DNA of 35,752 nt from Bacteroidota bacterium (lineage in GTDB: Bacteria; Bacteroidota; Bacteroidia; Chitinophagales; LD1). The position numbers were made by a program, and so were the translations under genes. The stretch spans positions 1 to 35,752 of the forward strand of contig CANGXE010000001.1 in NCBI GenBank assembly GCA_947457525.1, written 5' to 3'. Shown here piece by piece: positions 26,451-35,642 of the stretch (the first letter of the stretch is position 1; every line of letters begins with the position of its first letter). Below the pieces are notes generated by a model, which was given only the letters and a program-made list of their open reading frames with translations, was not told the origin of the DNA and did no database searches.

Positions 26451-28754
26451 ATGAAAAAGATATGGCTGCTCTTAGTTTGTATTTGTATAGTTAACGCTAC
26501 AAATGCACAGACAATCGAAAGTGTACTACCTCATTCTTTTAGTGATTTAGAACTAAAGACCGAAAGCAATCCAGTTACATTACTGCGTTCATTTACGCAA
26601 AGTGAGTTAGATTCTCTTGACGTATCGGAGGCAGGTCAAGGACTTTTACCCAAATTTTCACGCTCTATTAAAACTGATTTAAACCTAATAAATAGTGGGC
26701 AATGGACTGAACTACAAAATGGAGATAGAGTATGGCGTATAGCCATCAAAGCACCAAAGGCTAAAGCACTCATTCCTTTTTTTAATGAATTTTACCTTCC
26801 AAAATCCGCTACTCTTCACGTTTACTCCCCTGATAGAAAAGAAGTAATTGGAGCTTTTACCTCTTTGAATAATACTAGTGACGGTTTCTTTTGTGCAGGA
26901 ATTTTACACGGTGAAGAAATCATTATTGAATATTATGAACCAAAAGAAGCAAACAAGGAAGGCAAATTAGCTATTCATGAATTGGGTTATGCTTACCGCT
27001 GGGTGAATGGCATTGAAGATGCTGACCGCGATTTTGGTGGATCGGGAAGTTGTGAGGTGAATGTAAATTGCGCTGAAGGGAATAATTTTCTGGACCAAAA
27101 AAATTCAGTCGTACGTATTTTAGTGCAAAGCAACACCGGTCAAGGTTGGTGTTCGGGTGCGTTAATCAATAATGCCAGAAACGATTGTACCCCTTATTTG
27201 CTCAGTGCACAACATTGCAGCGAGGGTACAAGCACTGCTCAGTTCAATCAATACGTTTTCTACTTTAACTACGAAGCTGCGGGCTGTAATAATCCATCAT
27301 CAGAAGGAAGTTTAGCCAATAAATTTATAAATGGATGTGCTAGAAAAGCTGATAGCAATGATGGAGGTGGCTCGACAGGTTCCGATTTTATCTTACTGGA
27401 GTTAAATTCTGCTCCCAATGCATCTTGGTCACCATTTTATGCCGGTTGGAACATTTCTAACACCGGAGCAAGTTCAGGCGTTGGCATTCATCACCCCGGT
27501 GGTGACATTAAAAAAATATCTACGTTTACGCAGCAAGCTACAAGCACCGCTTGGGGAACAGGCACAGGTTCGCATTGGCGTATATTTTGGTCAGCTACTA
27601 CCAATGGACATGGAGTAACCGAAGAAGGGTCGTCCGGCTCGCCTATATTCAATAGCAACGGTGAGATAGTAGGTACATTGACAGGTGGCGATTCTTTTTG
27701 CAATTCTCCGAACCAACCTGATCAATACGGTAAATTTTCTTATCACTGGACATCCAATGGCTCAACAGCAGCTAGACAACTTAAACCATGGCTTGATCCG
27801 GATAATTCGGGTATAACAAGCTTAAGTGGAGTTTATTCCCCTTGCGCAGCTACATTAAGTAATGATGCCGGCATTCAAACAATTCAGCAACCAGCTGGAA
27901 TAGTATGTGGAGCGACCATAAACCCGGTTGTAGTTCTAAAAAACTACGGAAGTAACACGTTGACATCTGTAACCATCAACTACACTATCAATGGTGCACT
28001 TAGCACTTATAACTGGAGTGGTAGTTTGAATACATTTAGCTCAACAGTTGTTAATTTGCCAAGTGTAGCCGGTCAAGCCGGAAATAATGTATTTATAGCA
28101 ACTACTAATAACCCTAACGGTTCAACAGACTTGAACTCTGCGAACGACTCAAAAACCACCAATTTTACATTATCGGGAATTGCATCTAATCTCAACCTCT
28201 ATCTTAAAACAGATGAGTATGGTTCAGAAACAACATGGGAAGTAAAAAACAGTAATAATGTACTACTTTACAGCGGAGGACCATATACTGATAACAACAA
28301 TGGTCAAATCATCAATACCCCACTATGTTTACCCAATGGTTGTTACACTATGTTTTTATATGACGACTATGGCGATGGAATGAATGGCAATTTGACCGGT
28401 GAAATGACATTATCTGATGTAAATACAGGTACAATTTATGCCACACTCACTAATCCCGGGTTTGGTGATGCGATAAGTTTTAATTTTTGCACACAAGCCA
28501 GCGATATTAGCCAACTTGGAAATATAACACACCGTATCTACCCTAATCCTAACAATGGGCAATTTGTGATTTCTACCGAAAATACCAATGACTTAAAGTT
28601 ACGAGTTTATAACGCGGTGGGGCAATTAATCCTTCAATCTGAAATTTCAGATAAACTTTACGCAATAGATTTAACGGCACAACCGACAGGTGTTTATTAT
28701 GTCCAACTGCTGCAAAATGGCTCTATCGCCACAGAAAAAATAATTATTCAATAA
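26451..28754 (+). CDS. T9SS-secreted trypsin-fold (S1) serine protease, lysyl-endopeptidase-like
   Basis: Signal MKKIWLLLVCICIVNATNAQ (an alternative ATG lies at 26418). An N-terminal prodomain is present. The triad context is SAQHC (His 27213-27215), GSDFILLEL (Asp 27384-27386) and EGSSGSPIF (Ser 27633-27635). Two beta-sandwich domains follow. The C-terminal Por/T9SS sorting domain is IYPNPNNGQFVI...YYVQLL...EKIIIQ (28524-28751). Confidence 0.8.
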   Translation: MKKIWLLLVCICIVNATNAQTIESVLPHSFSDLELKTESNPVTLLRSFTQSELDSLDVSEAGQGLLPKFSRSIKTDLNLINSGQWTELQNGDRVWRIAIKAPKAKALIPFFNEFYLPKSATLHVYSPDRKEVIGAFTSLNNTSDGFFCAGILHGEEIIIEYYEPKEANKEGKLAIHELGYAYRWVNGIEDADRDFGGSGSCEVNVNCAEGNNFLDQKNSVVRILVQSNTGQGWCSGALINNARNDCTPYLLSAQHCSEGTSTAQFNQYVFYFNYEAAGCNNPSSEGSLANKFINGCARKADSNDGGGSTGSDFILLELNSAPNASWSPFYAGWNISNTGASSGVGIHHPGGDIKKISTFTQQATSTAWGTGTGSHWRIFWSATTNGHGVTEEGSSGSPIFNSNGEIVGTLTGGDSFCNSPNQPDQYGKFSYHWTSNGSTAARQLKPWLDPDNSGITSLSGVYSPCAATLSNDAGIQTIQQPAGIVCGATINPVVVLKNYGSNTLTSVTINYTINGALSTYNWSGSLNTFSSTVVNLPSVAGQAGNNVFIATTNNPNGSTDLNSANDSKTTNFTLSGIASNLNLYLKTDEYGSETTWEVKNSNNVLLYSGGPYTDNNNGQIINTPLCLPNGCYTMFLYDDYGDGMNGNLTGEMTLSDVNTGTIYATLTNPGFGDAISFNFCTQASDISQLGNITHRIYPNPNNGQFVISTENTNDLKLRVYNAVGQLILQSEISDKLYAIDLTAQPTGVYYVQLLQNGSIATEKIIIQ

Positions 28755-28759
28755 ATAAT

Positions 28760-29242
28760 ATGAAAATACTTTTTTCAATTAGCCTATCGGCTATACTCCT
28801 ACTTAGCGTTGGCTGCAAGTCTAGCAAAACAACTAAAACGACCACAGAACAAAACGCTGCTGTTCCGTCTATTATCACTAGCACTAACTTTAGAAAAGTT
28901 GAAATTGACAAAGAAATATTCAACGCCACTACTAATCTACCTGCATTCGACACTGCTTACATCATTGCTGACACTTTACACATTATCACCGGCAAACTAC
29001 AAGCTTGTGACGCAGAGCATTTTTCTACGTTTACGAATGGCTCTATGATGAAATCATTGCCACCACAAGGTTTAGTCAAACTTTTTTTGATGGCTAACCC
29101 AACTTGCAAGAACACCTCGGCTTTTCACCTAAAATTCAACTTAGTGAATATGCGATTTAGACAAGACAACAAGGATGGCGGCAATCGCACTACCATAGTT
29201 CGTTTATTGGGTTGGGAAACGCCCCTCACCTATCGTTTCTAA
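28760..29242 (+). CDS. Lipoprotein of unknown function, tightly linked to the protease gene
   Basis: 160 aa with signal peptide and lipobox SVGC. Starts 5 nt after the protease stop. No motif recognised. Confidence 0.55.
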   Translation: MKILFSISLSAILLLSVGCKSSKTTKTTTEQNAAVPSIITSTNFRKVEIDKEIFNATTNLPAFDTAYIIADTLHIITGKLQACDAEHFSTFTNGSMMKSLPPQGLVKLFLMANPTCKNTSAFHLKFNLVNMRFRQDNKDGGNRTTIVRLLGWETPLTYRF

Positions 29243-30126
29243 TCTAAATTAGATGGCAAAGGGATGAGCACCGACACTTTGTTGGTATACTCCTCAAATC
29301 CTTTTTTATTTTTCTTATTTTTTTCTTCCATCATAGGTATGGATGCGAAAAGAAACATGATGGTCATAGCTACAAAGCCAATAGCTGACCACCAATAGTC
29401 CGGAGCAACGGCCATCATCATCACCCAAAGCCCAAACCAAAAACTGATTTCACCAAAATAGTTGGGATGGCGAGAGTAACGCCAAAGTCCGGTTTTGATA
29501 AACTCATTGGGCTTGGCTGCTCGCTTAAACGTGCGCATTTGTTCATCGGCAACCAGTTCAATAATTGTGGCAATGACTGCAATGGCAAATCCTACATAAA
29601 GTAACCATGAATTTAATTCTTGTGGTTGGTAAAACGCATAATAAACTGGCAGTAAACCAAGAAAAACCATCACCGTAGGAAAAAGATGAATGCCTCCCAA
29701 GTTGGTTAACCAATAGATAGATGGATTTTTATCATGCAACATTTTATAGCGCCAGTCTTCATGTCCAAGTCCCGTCCAACCGCGCATCCAATTGTAAGTT
29801 AACCTAACCGCCCAAAACAAAATGGCTACCAAAAACAAAGTCCCTACTAAGCTTTCACCCGGGAAAATTCGCCACCATCCGTAGGCAATAAAAGGTGGCA
29901 CCACACTCCAATAAGCATCATACAAACTAGAGTTTTTGAAGATTACACTAAACAGAAAAATACCTAAAGTAGCAGCAATATCTGCCACGAAAGTTTCTGC
30001 TAAAACATTGCCGCCATAGCCACTTTTCTTCATCGCCAACAAAGCTAATCCCGCTACTAGTACTGCAAAAAGATATGCTGCAAAACATATTATATAAGAA
30101 CGACTAAGTGAATGATTTGAATTCAT
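29239..30126 (-). CDS. DUF1295 / steroid 5-alpha-reductase-like polytopic membrane protein
   Basis: 295 aa with ~7-8 TM segments. The motif GLWRYSRHPNYFGE is typical of the DUF1295/ICMT-like family. Confidence 0.8.
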   Translation of the reverse strand: MNSNHSLSRSYIICFAAYLFAVLVAGLALLAMKKSGYGGNVLAETFVADIAATLGIFLFSVIFKNSSLYDAYWSVVPPFIAYGWWRIFPGESLVGTLFLVAILFWAVRLTYNWMRGWTGLGHEDWRYKMLHDKNPSIYWLTNLGGIHLFPTVMVFLGLLPVYYAFYQPQELNSWLLYVGFAIAVIATIIELVADEQMRTFKRAAKPNEFIKTGLWRYSRHPNYFGEISFWFGLWVMMMAVAPDYWWSAIGFVAMTIMFLFASIPMMEEKNKKNKKGFEEYTNKVSVLIPLPSNLD

Positions 30127-30170
30127 GGCTTCGGTTTAGAACATAACAATAGCCATTTTGAATGGTTTAT

Positions 30171-30204
30171 AAAAAAACTGCCCCTCCGAAATCCGAAAGG
30201 GCAG
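30171..30204 (-). terminator. Rho-independent terminator after the adhesin gene
   Basis: On the - strand, the GC-rich stem ctgccc / gggcag (30199-30204 / 30178-30183) has partial extension and is followed by T7 (A7 at 30171-30177 on the + strand). Located 24 nt after the stop at 30228. Confidence 0.65.
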
Positions 30205-30227
30205 TTTGAATATAAATAAGAGCTGCA

Positions 30228-33200
30228 CTATTGCATCACCAATTTACCTTGAACAACCTGTTTGTTGTTTTGAAGAATTTGGAAAGCGTAGAAACCTGAA
30301 GCTAAACCATTTCTATCAAAACCAATAGTATTGCCGATAGATAGTATATCCGCCACTTGTCTGCCCATCAAATCGGTAACGATTAATCGGAAATTTTCAC
30401 TGTTGTCACTCAATTTGAACATGGCATAATCACTCATTGGATTTGGTGCAACGATGACGTTAGTTTTTACCACTTCATCAATGCTATTCACATCAATAAA
30501 TGTAATTTCTGATTCGTTAGTAATCACCGGCTCGTTGAAGTCAAAATAGATAGCGGCTTCGTCTAAAATTTTGTAGCCCGCAGCTAAGCCATTCTTAGCA
30601 TCAATGGTAAATTTCACAAAACCGTGGCTGTTTGGCTCGTCATTAGTACTATCCGGCAACATGATGTTTGAGAACTTGTAATTTACATTTTTCCCTGTGC
30701 GTGTAACTATGCATGGGTGACTTGATCCCAAGAACGTAAACGTACCTTCTTCTAAATCAGACGCCAATTCATCTAGGATAACTACGTTCACCGCAGGTGC
30801 AGTTCCGGTGTTTTGGAAGTTGACGATATACTCGATTTTTTGGTAAGCATTGATAGAAGAAACCATTTGATAAGTTGGGTCGTCATAATTGGTTTCTACA
30901 GCCAATTTGTTGTTTGGATCCCAGCTACCTACAACGGTTTGGTGGATAGTATCCACGTTGTTGGTTTGATTTACATCATTACATGACGAGTTAATATTCA
31001 CTAAGTTGAAAAATGGTGTGCCTAAAGCTAATGTTTGGGGAGCAGAGAAATTGACAAAAAAGTTTTGTGTGCTGCCCGGTAACAAGTTGCTAACGTTCCA
31101 ACTAATTGTTTTGGTAGAAGCATTGTGTGAAGTAGCCGAAGGGCTTGAGTAGCTAAAATTCAAATTAGGGTCGTAATACATATTTGCTGTTCCACTTGCA
31201 ACGGTACTACCCACATTAGATATACTTACATAGTAATAAGCAGAAAAACCGGGAGTCACTGTACTGTTTGGCGACACATCAATACTCAAATTACAAACAC
31301 CCGGCTGGCAGTAAACTGCGAAGTTGTTGTTGCTGTATATCTGACCAACAACTGCCGTTACCGGTAGAGAAGTTGGCGCGATAGCACAACTTTGAGTTTG
31401 GTTGCCACCAATAGTGATAGTATAAGTTCCGGCAGGTACACTCACGCAATAGTCACCTAATGAGTTAGTGTAAGCATAGAAAGTAGCTCCATTCGGTGAA
31501 GTGAGCAAAATGCTTAATCCGTTAATCCCGCTTTCTGTATTCTGGTCTTGTAAACCATTGTTATTCGCATCAAAAAACACTTTACCACAAATTTGGCTGC
31601 TGGCATTTTGGATACCAAAGTTGTATCCACAATGAGTTCCACCATTGGCAGTTAATGTATATACAGCACAATTTGTTGTGCCTGGGGTCAATGTACTCAC
31701 CACAGGAATACTAAAAGAAGTACCCTGAGTGTTTAGACAATGATAAATATCATAAGTTCCGGATGGTACAATAACTTGATAAAATCCAAAACTATCAGTT
31801 ACTGCCGTATAATTCCCCGCATAAACTATTTGTCCTGACAAGCCTAGTTCAGTACTGTCTTGAATTCCATCACCGTTTAAATCATTAAAAATAAATCCAC
31901 AAATGGTATCAGTACCCGGTACATTAAATAGATAACATGTAGAAGCAACACAACCGTTAGCATCAACTGCACTCAAACAATACACCCCAGTTTGATTAAC
32001 GGTAATTATCTGTCCAGGTTGGCTAGTATTCCACACATAAGTATATGGAGCTGTTCCACCTGTAACTACGGCTTGCAATACAGCGAATGTGCCACTTTGT
32101 TGTGTTGGCACTACTGTTATAGCAAAATTACCGCAATTCGAATTAAATCCTACAGAATCGCATGCTGTTGCTGTGCATTGAGATACTGCATCAGATATGG
32201 TTACGCACAGATAAGATGGAGTTTGTTGTATAAAAGTAGACTGCGTAGTTACTGCGTTACTCCAAGCAAAAGTAGGTTGAGTTCCTGGTGTTGCGCCTGT
32301 TACATTTGCAGTGAGATAAACGCCACCAACATTGGGATTGGGCTGCTGAGTGATGTTTGCAGAAAAATTCAAGCAAGGATTTCCGCCACCGTTTACAGTT
32401 ACGTTACTACATATTGAGTCGCAGAAAGCTTGATTGTTGTTACTATACACATACAAACAGAAACTGTAAACACCGGTAGCCAAATTATTTACTGTAAATG
32501 AAGTGTTAGAGGTAGGAGTGTTTGTTAATGGTGAGCCATTCATCCACCATTGAAAACCTGCCCCTGTGTTCACATTAGTCGAGGTACTTTGCAAAACCAC
32601 TACACCAGGATTAGTATTGGTGACTGTAAAATTTGCTTGAACGTTTCCGCAATTGTTAGGTGCTGTAACTGTCACAGGCTGACAATAGCTACCCACACAT
32701 CCATTAGCATCGGTCACAAAAAGGCATACTGAATAAGTACCGCCATTAGTGTAAGTATGTACCGGATTTAATCCTTGGCCAGAAGAACCATCACCAAAAG
32801 TCCAAAGATATGATAGCGGTTGTGCGTTACCATTGCCGAGTCCATTGAAAGTAACTACGTTTCCATTTGTAACCGCATTATAGGTGGCAACAACCATCCC
32901 GGCACAAGGCGAAACGGTAGTGCAGAATGTATCTTTACAGATATTAGTCGGTTGGCCAGTGACGTTTGCCGTCACAATCAAACAAACTTGATAGCTACTA
33001 TTTACATCGCTAAACTGATGTGTTGGATTTTGCAATGTGGAAGTAGTACTGTCACCAAAATTCCATTCATAGCCTTGTATCTGAAAATTTGGCGTGCTGG
33101 TAGTTGTGCTTGTAAACGAATAGTAACCCGTTTGTGGTGAAGTGAAACTGAAATTCGCTGTTACACCTCCACAGTTAGGCACTTGTGCGCTGGCTAATCC

Positions 33201-33251
33201 CCAACCTAGGAGAAGCGTAAACGCTACGAGCAATTTTTTCATGTTTTTCAT
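30228..33251 (-). CDS. Large T9SS-secreted multidomain surface protein (PKD-like x5, SdrD-B/Cna-B-like x2, DUF11-like x2, Por C-terminal domain)
   Basis: 1007 aa with signal ...GLASAQ. PKD signatures are WNFGDSTTSTLQNPTHQF and WTFGDGSSGQGLNPVHTY. SdrD-B-like segments are ICGFIFNDLNGDGIQD... and ICGKVFFDANNNGLQD.... DUF11-like segments are YYYVSISNVGS and IEYIVNFQNTGTAPAVNVVILDEL (preceded by GSWDPNNK). The T9SS sorting domain is the last ~76 aa (30231-30458). Confidence 0.85.
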   Translation of the reverse strand: MKNMKKLLVAFTLLLGWGLASAQVPNCGGVTANFSFTSPQTGYYSFTSTTTSTPNFQIQGYEWNFGDSTTSTLQNPTHQFSDVNSSYQVCLIVTANVTGQPTNICKDTFCTTVSPCAGMVVATYNAVTNGNVVTFNGLGNGNAQPLSYLWTFGDGSSGQGLNPVHTYTNGGTYSVCLFVTDANGCVGSYCQPVTVTAPNNCGNVQANFTVTNTNPGVVVLQSTSTNVNTGAGFQWWMNGSPLTNTPTSNTSFTVNNLATGVYSFCLYVYSNNNQAFCDSICSNVTVNGGGNPCLNFSANITQQPNPNVGGVYLTANVTGATPGTQPTFAWSNAVTTQSTFIQQTPSYLCVTISDAVSQCTATACDSVGFNSNCGNFAITVVPTQQSGTFAVLQAVVTGGTAPYTYVWNTSQPGQIITVNQTGVYCLSAVDANGCVASTCYLFNVPGTDTICGFIFNDLNGDGIQDSTELGLSGQIVYAGNYTAVTDSFGFYQVIVPSGTYDIYHCLNTQGTSFSIPVVSTLTPGTTNCAVYTLTANGGTHCGYNFGIQNASSQICGKVFFDANNNGLQDQNTESGINGLSILLTSPNGATFYAYTNSLGDYCVSVPAGTYTITIGGNQTQSCAIAPTSLPVTAVVGQIYSNNNFAVYCQPGVCNLSIDVSPNSTVTPGFSAYYYVSISNVGSTVASGTANMYYDPNLNFSYSSPSATSHNASTKTISWNVSNLLPGSTQNFFVNFSAPQTLALGTPFFNLVNINSSCNDVNQTNNVDTIHQTVVGSWDPNNKLAVETNYDDPTYQMVSSINAYQKIEYIVNFQNTGTAPAVNVVILDELASDLEEGTFTFLGSSHPCIVTRTGKNVNYKFSNIMLPDSTNDEPNSHGFVKFTIDAKNGLAAGYKILDEAAIYFDFNEPVITNESEITFIDVNSIDEVVKTNVIVAPNPMSDYAMFKLSDNSENFRLIVTDLMGRQVADILSIGNTIGFDRNGLASGFYAFQILQNNKQVVQGKLVMQ

Positions 33252-33349
33252 ATAGTTTGATTTTAGGTGAAGAATATTTGCTGTTAGACAGTGTAAATTT
33301 ACGACATGGTGGCAGAAATGATTTAATTTATATTCATATTCTTACCTAC

Positions 33350-34816
33350 TTAAAGACCAATTTTATATCGAGTAGCCAGCCAGTTACGATACTTTAAAAT
33401 TTCCCCGTCTTCTACCTCTTGTTTCACCTCAGTTCTCACAAACTTTTCAATTTTTTTATTAATGTAGTTTAAATCACTCTCACTAGATGCTGAACTAATT
33501 TCAGCTATGATATCCAACAATTGCTTTTCCCGTTTGTAATCAGACAAACTCAACAAAGTAGCATAATCTTTTCTTACCTGCTCAATACGCTTTTTGACAT
33601 ACGAATAATCACTGGCTTCCAATTGCATAATGCATTCGGCTACTGCTATTTTTAACTTAAATGAACTATCTGTTTTTTTGTAGTGGTCATTGACATACAA
33701 ACGCACAATGTTTCTAACCGCTTCGTTGTAATTCTTCTTAAAGAACTGCAAACTGGCTTTATTGAGCAATACAAAGAAATCGAAATAAGCATTTTTCTTT
33801 CCTTTGATTTCGCGCTCCATTTCATCAAGTGCTTTTAATCCTCGAACAATGTCAATTTGAGCATAATTTATCACCAAAGCGTTGTAGTAGAAAAACAAAT
33901 ACTTTTCATATAAGAGTTGTCCATAGGCCTCCATTTCCTCTCCCAAAGTTTCCGCATAGTCTAAACTTTCTGTGTGTTTCTTGTTCTTAAACAGCGCATT
34001 CACCAAGTAAACCAACATCTGCAGCTTTGTGTCGTGGTTAGATTTATCAAACCACTTCTCGTGCTCAAATTTAGAATAAGTGGTCACCATGAATCGTTCA
34101 AGTTCCTCAAAGTCGTGGCGCTGAATAAGCACTTGGCTTACTAGGCGATAAATTTTCGTTTGGAAAGCTTTGCTTTTCTTAATGGTTTCATCTTTTGCAA
34201 AATCGCGAATAGTGTTGTTTAACAAGCGTGTCAAGTTACTATCTCGACTACCGAAATTCTGCGTGGCCTTCAAGCGATAAGCCATAGCCGCCAACACCTG
34301 ATCTGTTTCGCGCATTTTATTCAACAAAATTGCGTTGGCCTTTTGCTTGCTGATGTAGATTTCGGGGTCTATCTCCGACAACTCGCCCGATAGTTTTATA
34401 AGTACTGAATAAACAATATCAAGCAATTCGTAATGTTCAACAGCTAAGCCCTTTTTCTCTGCTTTTAGTAGATAGTAATGTGCTACTTTTGGCTGACTGC
34501 GTTGCGTAAAAATCTGCTGTAATGACAAGTACCAGTAAATATTATTCGCATCGCTTTTTCCCGTGTAGGTCATCGCCAAATAATTCCCCAAATCTTCTAG
34601 CAAACGATGCTTTAATTTATAAAATGAGTTCTTGTCGTTGCCTTCATAAAGTTTACCAAAAATGTAGTCTTCGTTATAATTATTGGCCTTACGAATGTAG
34701 TCTAACAGCAAAATATCTTTTCGCTGTTCTGAAGAATTGGTGCTATTTAGCCATAGCTTAAACCCTCTTACTTCTTCTTTGGTAAGATTAGCTACTACTG
34801 TTTGCAATACATCCAT
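33350..34816 (-). CDS. Hypothetical cytoplasmic all-alpha protein (TPR-like?), no family recognised
   Basis: 488 aa with an ATG start and no signal peptide or TM segment. Composition is K/E/L/Y/N-rich and predicted helical throughout. Lies 98 nt upstream of the adhesin gene on the same strand. Confidence 0.6.
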   Translation of the reverse strand: MDVLQTVVANLTKEEVRGFKLWLNSTNSSEQRKDILLLDYIRKANNYNEDYIFGKLYEGNDKNSFYKLKHRLLEDLGNYLAMTYTGKSDANNIYWYLSLQQIFTQRSQPKVAHYYLLKAEKKGLAVEHYELLDIVYSVLIKLSGELSEIDPEIYISKQKANAILLNKMRETDQVLAAMAYRLKATQNFGSRDSNLTRLLNNTIRDFAKDETIKKSKAFQTKIYRLVSQVLIQRHDFEELERFMVTTYSKFEHEKWFDKSNHDTKLQMLVYLVNALFKNKKHTESLDYAETLGEEMEAYGQLLYEKYLFFYYNALVINYAQIDIVRGLKALDEMEREIKGKKNAYFDFFVLLNKASLQFFKKNYNEAVRNIVRLYVNDHYKKTDSSFKLKIAVAECIMQLEASDYSYVKKRIEQVRKDYATLLSLSDYKREKQLLDIIAEISSASSESDLNYINKKIEKFVRTEVKQEVEDGEILKYRNWLATRYKIGL

Positions 34817-34840
34817 AGTCTAATTTGAATAGGTAAGAAA

Positions 34841-34848
34841 CAAAGATA
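34841..34848 (-). promoter_or_regulatory. Candidate -7 promoter box (TATCTTTG) for the 488-aa gene
   Basis: Exact TAnnTTTG on the - strand (+ strand caaagata), 25 nt upstream of the ATG at 34816. Confidence 0.35.
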
Positions 34849-34899
34849 ATAAAACTTGTGGATTGCAACGAAGTACTTACATTAGCTATCGTATAGAAT

Positions 34900-35580
34900 A
34901 TGAAAACAGCCAAACTACTCCTCGCCTTATTTACATTTGCCGTAAGCTTTTGCTTATCTACTGAAGTAAAAGCACAAAACGGCTTGTCTTTATCGCTTCA
35001 AAACTACACTGTGCAACCGAGTAATGGCATAGTTAGCTTCGGATACACAATAACTATCAGTGCAACGCTCACTAATAATGATAGTTCAAGTTTTACAGGC
35101 TTTGTTGACTTTGGCTTGAGAAACAGTTTACTGGAACTTAGCAACAATAGTATTTTTAGCAAACCATTTTATAGTGGAGACTCTATACAACTTAATGGAG
35201 GCGAATCCGTGCCCACTCTGTTTAGCTTACAAATTGATACACCTTACTTTATTGCCGGGCCGGATGTGGTGGTGGTTTGGCCTATTTCCAATGTTAACTT
35301 CAACGACTCGGTGCTTATCAATCTACTCATCGAAGACCCAACAAGCATAGAAGAACAACTTATCCATAAAAATGATATCCAAGTATTTGGCGATTACATT
35401 TTATTGCCCGAAAACAACTTTAAGCAGGTAAGAATTTACAATTATTCCGGCAGCTTACTTTGGGAGCAAAACTTCGCTGCATCACTGCATATTCCGATTG
35501 ATTTTCTACCACAAGGTTTCTATTTGCTCGAAGCCGTTTCCGCCACCAAACAGCGGATAGTCAAGAAATTTGTCCGTTGA
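34900..35580 (+). CDS. Small T9SS-secreted protein of unknown function
   Basis: 226 aa with signal ...EVKAQNG. The C-terminal ~67 aa (35377-35577), VRIYNYSGSLLWEQ...LPQGFYLLEAVS...KKFVR, resembles a Por/T9SS type-A sorting domain. Confidence 0.7.
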   Translation: MKTAKLLLALFTFAVSFCLSTEVKAQNGLSLSLQNYTVQPSNGIVSFGYTITISATLTNNDSSSFTGFVDFGLRNSLLELSNNSIFSKPFYSGDSIQLNGGESVPTLFSLQIDTPYFIAGPDVVVVWPISNVNFNDSVLINLLIEDPTSIEEQLIHKNDIQVFGDYILLPENNFKQVRIYNYSGSLLWEQNFAASLHIPIDFLPQGFYLLEAVSATKQRIVKKFVR

Positions 35581-35642
35581 AAAATAAAACTTGACAACAG
35601 TTAAATCTCTCCGTACATTCACATTACACTAAAACGGAAAAC

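Noticed and set aside
28744-29048. Alternative ORFs 28744-28953(-) and 28809-29048(+) lie at the protease/lipoprotein junction.
   Set aside because: Both overlap the lipoprotein gene, which has a clean signal peptide and lipobox. Their translations are hydrophobic or low-complexity with no start context.
31992-33140. Cys/Arg-rich + strand ORFs (31992-32417, 32550-32732, 32820-33140) lie opposite the adhesin gene.
   Set aside because: They are antisense to a gene with clear PKD, SdrD-B and T9SS signatures. The Cys/Ser-rich translations are the expected mirror of Thr/Ala/Gly/Asn-rich coding DNA.
33293-33302. A perfect 10-bp palindrome gtaaatttac lies ~45 nt upstream of the adhesin ATG and was considered as a possible operator.
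   Set aside because: It is short and AT-rich and overlaps a near-consensus -7 box (TAAATTTA). It is more simply explained as a promoter element or chance.
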